Below are positions 56,654 to 64,000 of a DNA stretch of 64,000 nt, one piece after another (the stretch's first letter is position 1; each line of letters opens with the position of its first letter). The notes beneath the pieces were generated by a model. That model was not told where the DNA came from and did no database searches. It saw only the letters and a list, made by a program, of their open reading frames with translations. The position numbers and the translations under genes were made by a program. The DNA is from an uncultured virus (IMG/VR IMGVR_UViG_3300021961_008224) (taxonomy: Duplodnaviria > Heunggongvirae > Uroviricota > Caudoviricetes). The DNA lies in the IMG/VR virus record IMGVR_UViG_3300021961_008224; one strand, given 5' to 3'.

Positions 56654-57034
56654 ATGGAATTTTATATCAAAAAAAACGCAACATTACCTGTACTTAAAAT
56701 GCAAGTCGTAAAAGACGGTAGAAGTGATTATCAAAACTTTATGGATTTGATAGAATCTTCAACAATCCTATTTAGTATGGTTGATGTTGAAACGGGTATC
56801 CCTAAAATAGTTTCTAAACGAGCGGGGTTTGTTTCAAAAACTTTTATTGACCCTAATACCCCAACAGAATATTATATTTATTACACTTTTACTAAAAAAG
56901 ATACTAATAAAGTTGGACGTTACGAAGGTCAGTTTATGTTGAAGAACGAACAAGGCGACCTAATAGTCCCTATTAGAGAACAATTATTCATCACGGTCCA
57001 AGATAGTTTTATTTCTGATACTGCTTGTTGTTAA
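56654..57034 (+). CDS. putative baseplate or fibre-attachment protein (BppU-N-like)
   Basis: FYIKKNATLP.L...Y.FT..DT...G.YEGQF pattern; TATTTATA at 56633-56640. Confidence 0.55.
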   Translation: MEFYIKKNATLPVLKMQVVKDGRSDYQNFMDLIESSTILFSMVDVETGIPKIVSKRAGFVSKTFIDPNTPTEYYIYYTFTKKDTNKVGRYEGQFMLKNEQGDLIVPIREQLFITVQDSFISDTACC

Positions 57035-57108
57035 TTGACTTCGGATTTTTAAATTTCTATATTTATGTTTGTAAGGTAAATGTCGAATTTTTCGGCAGCT
57101 AATGAACC
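57035..57108 (+). promoter_or_regulatory. DNA polymerase promoter and structured 5' leader
   Basis: TTGACT-N17-TATATT (57035-57063), then hairpin TGTCGAA-TTT-TTCGGCA (57081-57097). Confidence 0.5.
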
Positions 57109-57128
57109 ACACGTAAAAGATAGAAAAA

Positions 57129-59840
57129 ATGATTAGTCAAGAAGAAATTAAAACCTTTTTAGAAGGTAATGACCCCGAAGAGTTCATTGTCGCGGTCGAA
57201 TTTGATTATGTGTCAGATTCAGTATATAAAATCAAAGAAATCCCTGGTCAGGGTAAAGTAATTCAAAAAGACAGTTTTATTGCATTTGCTTGGGTTGGAG
57301 ACTTAAGAGGTTTGAATTTTTATCAAAACTCAAAAGCCGCTCAGAAAGAGTATATGACCAAGTATGGTATTGTTATCGAAAAGTTAGAGACTAAAGGTAA
57401 TGATAGGATGGAACAAGGTCTTAAGTATATGGTAAAATCTTTAAAAGGTTACCGTACCTTAATACAGTTCTTCCGAGATGGTGGATTAGACCCTTGGAGT
57501 GAGAGAGCAAAAGATTTGATAATGATTCTACCTCCTGTAGAACAATACTTAATTCAAAGAGAAAAACGTTTATTTAAAGGATATGAGGAGTACAATGATG
57601 TTACTCGACTTGTATTCGACTTAGAGACGACCGCACTTGAACCTAAGGATGGTCGTATCTTTATGATTGGAATAAAAACCAATAAAGGTTACCAAAAGGT
57701 AATCGAATGTGCCACAGAAGAACAAGAAAGACAAGGTCTTATTGAGTTCTTTAATATTATTGATGAATTAAAACCAAGTATTATTGGTGGTTACAATTCG
57801 GCAAACTTCGACTGGTTTTGGATTTTTGAAAGATGTCAGGCTCTTAACTTAGATATTAAAAAAACCTGTCGTTCTTTAAATCCCGCAAGAACAATATCTC
57901 AAAAAGAGAGTATGTTAAAACTTGCAAATGAGGTTGAACGATTTAATCAGGTATCTATATGGGGTTACAATATTATTGATATTATTCACTCAGTTCGTAG
58001 AGCGCAAGCAATCAATTCGAGTATTAAATCTGCGGGTTTGAAATATATTACTCAATATATTGATGCGGAAGCCGATGACCGTATCTATATTGACCACTTA
58101 GATATTGGACCTATGTATGCCAAGAAAGAAGAGTATTGGTTAAATGTTACAAACGGTAAATATAAAAGAGCGGATAACCCTGCGTTTAACGATTTGGACA
58201 AAAGATTCCCTGGTACTTATATTAAAACCACAGGTGATAATATAGTTGAGAGATATCTTGACGATGACTTAGAAGAAACTCTTATTGTGGATGATGAATT
58301 CAATCAGGGTTCGTTCTTATTGGCGTCTATGATTCCAACAACGTACGAAAGAGTTTCAACTATGGGTACCGCAACATTATGGAAAATGTTGATGTTGGCT
58401 TGGTCATATAAGTTCAAATTAGCAATCCCTAAAAAACAAGAGAAAACTGATTTCGTAGGAGGACTATCAAGATTACTTAAAGTAGGGTATTCAAGAAACG
58501 TATTGAAACTCGACTTTAGTTCCCTGTACCCTTCTATTCAGTTAGTACACGATGTGTTTCCTGAATGTGACGTTACAGGAGGTATGAAGGCAATGTTAAA
58601 ATATTTCCGTGATACTCGTATCTTATATAAGAATTTGGCGGGTCAGTATGAGAAAACAGACCCTAAAAAATCTCTATCATATGACCGTAAACAGTTGCCG
58701 ATTAAGATTTTTATTAACTCGATGTTCGGTGCGTTATCCGCTCCACAAGTGTTTGCGTGGGGTGATATGTATATGGGAGAACAGATTACCTGTACGGGTA
58801 GACAATATCTTCGTATGATGATTAAGTTCTTTATGAAACGTGGATATACTCCACTTGTAATGGATACGGACGGTGTCAACTTCTCGAAACCTGAGGGATG
58901 GGAAAACAGACGTTATGTTGGTAAAGGTTTAAATTGGAAAGTTAAAGAGGGTAAGGAGTATACAGGTGATGATGCCGACGTTGCAGAATTCAATGACTTA
59001 TTTATGAGAGGTGAGATGGCCTTAGATACTGACGGTACTTGGCCTTCTTGTATTAACTTAGCTCGTAAGAATTATGCGGTTATGGATGCTAAGGGTAAAG
59101 TAAAATTAACAGGTAATACCATTAAATCTAAGAAATTACCACTTTATATTGAGGCGTTCTTAGATAAAGGGGTTAAATTATTATTGGAAGGTAAGGGACA
59201 AGAGTTTGTTGAATGGTACTATGAATACTTACAGAAAATATTTGACCGAAGAATTCCTTTAAAACAAATCGCCCAAAGAGCTAAGGTTAAATTATCGTTA
59301 GAAGATTACAGAATTAGAAGTACCCAAAAAACTAAATCTGGTGGTTCTATGAGTAAGATGGCCCATATGGAATTGGCAATTAAACACGGATTAAATATTA
59401 ATCTTGGTGATGTTATATTCTATGTTAATAATGGTCTTAGAGCTTCTCACGGTGATGTTCAGAAAAAAGGTAACGACACAGTTTTAAATTGTTATATGTT
59501 AGACCCTAAAGAGTTGGAAGACAATCCTGACTTAACTGGTGATTATAATGTACCGAGAGCAATTACCACATTTAACAAACGTATTGAACCATTATTGGTT
59601 GTATTTAAAGATGAAGTTAGAGATGGGTTATTAGTTTTAGACCCCGAAAAACGTGGATTGTTTACTAAAGACCAATGTGAGTTGATTAACGGAAAACCAT
59701 TTGACGAGTCAGGTCAAGATAAACTTGAGGATGTGTTAGCAATTTCAGAACCTGAGATGATTTATTGGAATAAACGAGGATTAAGTCCTGACTATATGTA
59801 TGAATTGGCGGATGAAGGTTGGGAGGAATATATTAATTAA
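57129..59840 (+). CDS. family B DNA polymerase
   Basis: ExoI FDLET, ExoII YNSANFD, motif A DFSSLYPSI, motif B K...NSMFG, motif C DTDG. Confidence 0.93.
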   Translation: MISQEEIKTFLEGNDPEEFIVAVEFDYVSDSVYKIKEIPGQGKVIQKDSFIAFAWVGDLRGLNFYQNSKAAQKEYMTKYGIVIEKLETKGNDRMEQGLKYMVKSLKGYRTLIQFFRDGGLDPWSERAKDLIMILPPVEQYLIQREKRLFKGYEEYNDVTRLVFDLETTALEPKDGRIFMIGIKTNKGYQKVIECATEEQERQGLIEFFNIIDELKPSIIGGYNSANFDWFWIFERCQALNLDIKKTCRSLNPARTISQKESMLKLANEVERFNQVSIWGYNIIDIIHSVRRAQAINSSIKSAGLKYITQYIDAEADDRIYIDHLDIGPMYAKKEEYWLNVTNGKYKRADNPAFNDLDKRFPGTYIKTTGDNIVERYLDDDLEETLIVDDEFNQGSFLLASMIPTTYERVSTMGTATLWKMLMLAWSYKFKLAIPKKQEKTDFVGGLSRLLKVGYSRNVLKLDFSSLYPSIQLVHDVFPECDVTGGMKAMLKYFRDTRILYKNLAGQYEKTDPKKSLSYDRKQLPIKIFINSMFGALSAPQVFAWGDMYMGEQITCTGRQYLRMMIKFFMKRGYTPLVMDTDGVNFSKPEGWENRRYVGKGLNWKVKEGKEYTGDDADVAEFNDLFMRGEMALDTDGTWPSCINLARKNYAVMDAKGKVKLTGNTIKSKKLPLYIEAFLDKGVKLLLEGKGQEFVEWYYEYLQKIFDRRIPLKQIAQRAKVKLSLEDYRIRSTQKTKSGGSMSKMAHMELAIKHGLNINLGDVIFYVNNGLRASHGDVQKKGNDTVLNCYMLDPKELEDNPDLTGDYNVPRAITTFNKRIEPLLVVFKDEVRDGLLVLDPEKRGLFTKDQCELINGKPFDESGQDKLEDVLAISEPEMIYWNKRGLSPDYMYELADEGWEEYIN

Positions 59841-59879
59841 AAAAAAAAGGAATATGTTAAAATTACATATTCCTTTTTT
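59841..59879. terminator. bidirectional terminator
   Basis: A-tract-GGAATATGT-TAAAATT-ACATATTCC-T-tract between convergent genes. Confidence 0.85.
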
Positions 59880-59882
59880 GTT

Positions 59883-60218
59883 TTAGGATTGTTTTAATCC
59901 GTCTGAACTTAAAATATACCAATTACCTGATATAAATTTAAATTCGACACAAGCTCCTTTATCTATTAGAATTTCGTCAAACTCTTCATCAATTCTTCCT
60001 GAACTTGGTAGAATTAGTACTTTAGTCAACGCCTTAATGACTATGTGGTCTGTTGATGAGTGGTCTAAAGTCACTTTAGAAAATTCCACATCTTTAACTA
60101 CAACAGTACTTTCACCTTTTGTTCTGAATTGGGTTTCAGATACTAAAGCGTTTTCAGACGATATGATAACCTGTCCGTTTATTATTCTTTCCGAAGGAGT
60201 ACTTCTTATTATTGCCAT
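59883..60218 (-). CDS. hypothetical structural protein
   Basis: 111 aa, beta-rich, downstream of the neck-like gene. Confidence 0.65.
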   Translation of the reverse strand: MAIIRSTPSERIINGQVIISSENALVSETQFRTKGESTVVVKDVEFSKVTLDHSSTDHIVIKALTKVLILPSSGRIDEEFDEILIDKGACVEFKFISGNWYILSSDGLKQS

Positions 60219-60222
60219 AAAA

Positions 60223-61335
60223 TTAAATTACGTATATTTGTCTTGGCATCGCTCTAAATTTCAAAGCCTTATTTAGATTTTCGGCGATTAACGCGTCTTT
60301 TTCTATTTGTTTTTCAGGTCTTAATCTTTCTAAACGAGCCATTAATTCTTCTTGTAGTTTTGCTCTTTCGTCCTTACCTTCAGTTAGTAAACTTGTATAA
60401 TCCATAGTAAGTTCACTGTCAGGTGTTTTAAGGTTACCACTATATTTTCCTCTAACTCGTCCTAAAGCTTCTTTACACAAACCAATGAACCATCTTCTAA
60501 TCCATTGTTGTGCGGGATTATTCAAATCCTCCCAAGAAATTTCATCCAAAGGAACGTCTGAAGGTAATTTTACGATATCAGGATTGTCACTTAAACATTT
60601 ATCTCTATCCGCACCATCAACATCATAATACCAATACCAAACTTTACCGTTATGGTAATTAGCACTACCAAAATCCCATTTACCGCCAGGAGTATTCATT
60701 AGGTGAATCATTTTTTTACCGTCAGGTAATGCGGTTATTCTGTAAGTTAAATCACTACCAATGATACGTCTTTGAATATTTGTTTCTTGCATTCTTAATA
60801 ACATATCAAAAGCTGGCATCATAGTATACGAACCTGAATAACCCAACTGAGAAAATCCTCCAACCCCACCAAGACCTGGACCTCCCATAGCCCCAAAGGC
60901 AAATGGGTCAAACATAACGTTATTCATTGTTGCAGGAGTAAACCATAATAGTTCGTTCACCTCTCTACCTTTAGGAATTTCGTAAAGTTGTTGATTTTTT
61001 TGAGTTACAATATAGTCTTTCTTCAATACCCAATCTCCACCAGCTTGTAAACCTACGATTTTAGAATATGCGTAAGTATATCTTGTCTCATAGTCCAAAC
61101 TTCTCGTTATGAAAGCTCTTGTTAACGATTGTTCGTCAAGATTAAGATTTTGTAGTGCCGACCATTGTGATTCGATTAACCAATCTTGGATGTATTGAGA
61201 GTAATCTCCAATTGATAACTCTAATAATGAGTCCATCATTTCATCCTCCAATTCAACACTTCTAAGAGGAGCACCTAATAGGTGTTTTACTCTCGTATAT
61301 AATTTTGTTCTATTTGGTTCTGCAATTATTCCCAT
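60223..61335 (-). CDS. neck / head-completion protein (T4 gp13-like)
   Basis: LGAP...VEL at the N-terminus; WIRRW....KE.LG.VRGKY......LL.EG..E...L.EEL at the C-terminus; TATTTAT at 61349-61355 (minus). Confidence 0.7.
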   Translation of the reverse strand: MGIIAEPNRTKLYTRVKHLLGAPLRSVELEDEMMDSLLELSIGDYSQYIQDWLIESQWSALQNLNLDEQSLTRAFITRSLDYETRYTYAYSKIVGLQAGGDWVLKKDYIVTQKNQQLYEIPKGREVNELLWFTPATMNNVMFDPFAFGAMGGPGLGGVGGFSQLGYSGSYTMMPAFDMLLRMQETNIQRRIIGSDLTYRITALPDGKKMIHLMNTPGGKWDFGSANYHNGKVWYWYYDVDGADRDKCLSDNPDIVKLPSDVPLDEISWEDLNNPAQQWIRRWFIGLCKEALGRVRGKYSGNLKTPDSELTMDYTSLLTEGKDERAKLQEELMARLERLRPEKQIEKDALIAENLNKALKFRAMPRQIYVI

Positions 61336-62993
61336 ATAATGTTTTCAGATAAATATTTGTTACAGTCGATTAATTCCAATTCTCCCTTAGCAAATATGGT
61401 TGCAACCTCGTTTTCTTTTGGAATATAATAACTCCCTTGGTAGATTCTGGTTTTTGGGGTTTTATAAATTCTAACTTGTTTTGATTTAACGTTAACAAAA
61501 ATAAGTAAATTAACTTTGTTATAAGATTGAGTACTTGATGAACCTTGGACTACAAAATACCCGTCTTTTTCAAAGATATTTTTAAAAGGTTTAATCTGTG
61601 AAGTATATTCTTTACCGTCAATAACTACATTAGCATCAATTCCTGACAACATATCTTTTGTCATACCCCCACCTGAAACGATAGTACAAGCCCCCTCACC
61701 ATAATTTTGGTTGATAATTTTCATAGTTGCTTCCTCATTTCTTTTACCTAAACAGTCAGTCTTTTTTAATACACCACCAATTTGTCTAAGGGTGTTAGAT
61801 TGTTCCCCTCGTTTAAAGATATTAGACCTCAACCCATCAAGGACTGAGAAAAATTTTCGTAGTTCAATTAGGTTTGTATTTGGGTTATCCCCATATTCGA
61901 TAGTGTTTTGATTATTTTTCTTAAGATATTCGTTAACATCTTTATGAATAATACAAAAAGCGGTGTATGATGAGGTTAAGTTCATAAGTAATGACCTAAC
62001 ATTTTCTTTACTATATAATCCAGCTTCGTGACCTGTAAATAAAGAATTTTTTTCTCTCCAATTTTCAGGATAAGATTTTTTAAGTATATCCATCCATCCT
62101 GTAATATATTCTTTTTTAAATTTACCATATGAGTCAGATTTCTCTAATAAATCTGTTGGAGGGAATAATAATTTTTTAAACATCTGTTCGTCGCTTGTTG
62201 AACAACTTTGAGATTTTATTTCATCTTCAGTTAGAATATCTTTATTAGACGAATTCATTAGTTGAGTCATTACAATCTCTTCATCGATTCTCGTCTCAAT
62301 TTTCATTTTATATAACTTTTCTACAAACTCCCAATTAACCGCAGTCCAAAAGTTTTTAATATATTCGTCTCGTTTGTTTCGATATTTTAAATAATAAGCG
62401 TGTTCCCACAAATCTAATCCCAAAATAGGGTACCCACCATCTTTAATATCATTCATTAATGGGTTGTCTTGATTTGGAGTTGACATAATTTTTAAGGAGT
62501 TGTTTTTAGTTACAACTAACCAAACCCAACCCGAACCAAATCTTTCTTTTGCAATTTCATCAAATTTCTTTTTAAATGAACCTACAGTACCAAACTCAGT
62601 TTCAATTTTCTTAAGAATTAAACCTTTAGGTTTTTGAGGTGTTGGTGTTAACATTTTCCAAAAAAGTGCGTGGTTATATGCTCCACCTGCATTATTTCTA
62701 ACATTTTTATTAAAACGACTAATTGTTTTTACAATTTGTTCTAAGTCTAAATCACCAAACTTTTTCTTATCTAACGCCAAATTTAATTTTTCGACATAAC
62801 CTTTATAATGTTTATTATAATGGATGTCCATTGTTTCGGGGTCAATAAAACGTTTAAGAGATGTGTAAGAGTAAGGTAATTTTTCAATACCAATTCTTTT
62901 CATTTCAGATAAAAAGAATTTTTGAGTTTTTTTAGTTTCAACTAGTGTGACCTCCTCTTTTAAGGCTTCAATCTTATTTACTAGATTTTTCAT
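61326..62993 (-). CDS. Fe/Mn superoxide dismutase fused to a ~300-aa C-terminal domain
   Basis: LPY, HYNKH, YNHALFW, FGSGWVW, NQD and DLWEHAYYL motifs; all four metal ligands are present. Confidence 0.9.
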   Translation of the reverse strand: MKNLVNKIEALKEEVTLVETKKTQKFFLSEMKRIGIEKLPYSYTSLKRFIDPETMDIHYNKHYKGYVEKLNLALDKKKFGDLDLEQIVKTISRFNKNVRNNAGGAYNHALFWKMLTPTPQKPKGLILKKIETEFGTVGSFKKKFDEIAKERFGSGWVWLVVTKNNSLKIMSTPNQDNPLMNDIKDGGYPILGLDLWEHAYYLKYRNKRDEYIKNFWTAVNWEFVEKLYKMKIETRIDEEIVMTQLMNSSNKDILTEDEIKSQSCSTSDEQMFKKLLFPPTDLLEKSDSYGKFKKEYITGWMDILKKSYPENWREKNSLFTGHEAGLYSKENVRSLLMNLTSSYTAFCIIHKDVNEYLKKNNQNTIEYGDNPNTNLIELRKFFSVLDGLRSNIFKRGEQSNTLRQIGGVLKKTDCLGKRNEEATMKIINQNYGEGACTIVSGGGMTKDMLSGIDANVVIDGKEYTSQIKPFKNIFEKDGYFVVQGSSSTQSYNKVNLLIFVNVKSKQVRIYKTPKTRIYQGSYYIPKENEVATIFAKGELELIDCNKYLSENIIWE

Positions 62994-63038
62994 ATGTTAA
63001 GGCTTTTATTATTCTAATAAATAATCGGTAATTCCGAT

Positions 63039-64000
63039 TTATCTACTATTGTTTATAGAATTCAAAACTTCTTCTACAAAATCTGCCTTATCAAGGTTGT
63101 CACCCATAACTGTTTCTATAATAGATTTTTTCTTTGATAAAATGTCGTAAATAACTCCTTCAATAGTGTTTTCAAATATTGGGTAATATACTGAAACATT
63201 TGATTTCTGACCATATCTATAGGCTCTATCTTCAGCCTGACTATGGTCTGACGGTAAGAAAGATAAATCATTCATTATAACCGCCTCTGCGGATGTTAAT
63301 GTAATACCGACACCTGCCGCTTTTATGTTACCTACAAAAACGTTTATTTTATCATTGGTTTGAAATTGGTCAACCGCAAATTGTCTTTGTGGTTGAGTAC
63401 AACTTCCATCTAAGAAAACACACTGTTTTCCAAAATGTTCTACTATTTTTTGAAGTGAGTTAGTAAAGTTAGTAAAAATAATAACTTTTTTTCCTTGTTC
63501 TATTATATTTTCACACAACTCTATTGTGCTAGATATTTTTTCTTCGGCAATAATCTGTCTAACTTTTGTTAGTTTTGAAAATTGTAATGTTAATGATGAG
63601 GATTCTTCTGAATTGGCTCGGTACCAATCAAAGTATTCTCCCATTAATCCCTCGTATAATTTTGATTTTAGTCTTAAATAAACGGGGGTAATAATTTTAT
63701 CAGGTAAATCTAATACGTCTTCTTTTAATCTTCTTAAGACTTGTCTTGAAGTTCTATCTCGTAGTTCTTCTAAATTAGATGCTCCCTTCACGTTCCAAAC
63801 CTTTCGTGGTCCAGCTTTAAATTGATATCCTTCACAATAACGAATTGCGTAAGCCATCCAATTTTGTGCCACAGGAGATTCAATAAGATTTAGTAAGTTA
63901 AAATAATTAATTGGTCTTGAGGTTAATGGGGTACCCGTTAGTAACCATAGTCTATCGACTCTTTTTGCAAAACTATTAACTAATTTAGTTCTTTGAGCTT
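63039..64000 (-). CDS. SNF2-family helicase, C-terminal part (open to window end)
   Basis: The frame stays open past 63872 and reads LWLLTGTP (motif III). Also LRRLKEDV, AAGVGITLT and QAEDRAYRYGQ. Confidence 0.9.
   Translation of the reverse strand, partial: AQRTKLVNSFAKRVDRLWLLTGTPLTSRPINYFNLLNLIESPVAQNWMAYAIRYCEGYQFKAGPRKVWNVKGASNLEELRDRTSRQVLRRLKEDVLDLPDKIITPVYLRLKSKLYEGLMGEYFDWYRANSEESSSLTLQFSKLTKVRQIIAEEKISSTIELCENIIEQGKKVIIFTNFTNSLQKIVEHFGKQCVFLDGSCTQPQRQFAVDQFQTNDKINVFVGNIKAAGVGITLTSAEAVIMNDLSFLPSDHSQAEDRAYRYGQKSNVSVYYPIFENTIEGVIYDILSKKKSIIETVMGDNLDKADFVEEVLNSINNSR

Noticed and set aside
10668..59840. Introns or inteins in terminase, capsid or DNA polymerase; stop-codon reassignment
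   Set aside because: The genes are continuous, of ordinary length and lack intein or homing motifs. The standard code gives dense, unbroken ORFs.

Overview
A 64-kb, AT-rich segment of a large T4-like (jumbo or huge) tailed phage. The host is most likely in Bacteroidota, based on TAnnTTTG promoters, A-rich leaders without Shine-Dalgarno sequences, a DUF4494-like gene and a phage bS21. In order, the window contains: (1) a proteostasis island with the 5' part of a tmRNA, a Zn-peptidase, an N-domain-less ClpC-type ATPase and a divergent twin-UVR partner; (2) the head module (terminase, portal, prohead protease, scaffold, major capsid) with ribosomal protein bS21 inserted antisense; (3) auxiliary genes (methylglyoxal synthase, ParB-like pair, FKBP PPIase); (4) a baseplate-spike-like gene and a gp55-like sigma factor; (5) a first glycosyltransferase and nucleotide-metabolism cluster; (6) Thr/Pro mucin-like and Gly-X-Ser collagen-like fibre genes followed by a second glycosyltransferase cluster headed by a GT60-like polypeptide GlcNAc transferase; (7) a family B DNA polymerase, a neck-like protein, an Fe/Mn SOD fusion and a truncated SNF2 helicase. 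The best candidates for a new system are a phage-encoded mucin-type O-glycosylation pathway next to its apparent virion substrates, a TATTTAT(A) late regulon coupled to [ILV]-x-E propeptides that may load cargo into the head, and the tmRNA-ClpC-adaptor island. All product calls come from motif recognition by eye; no searches were run.
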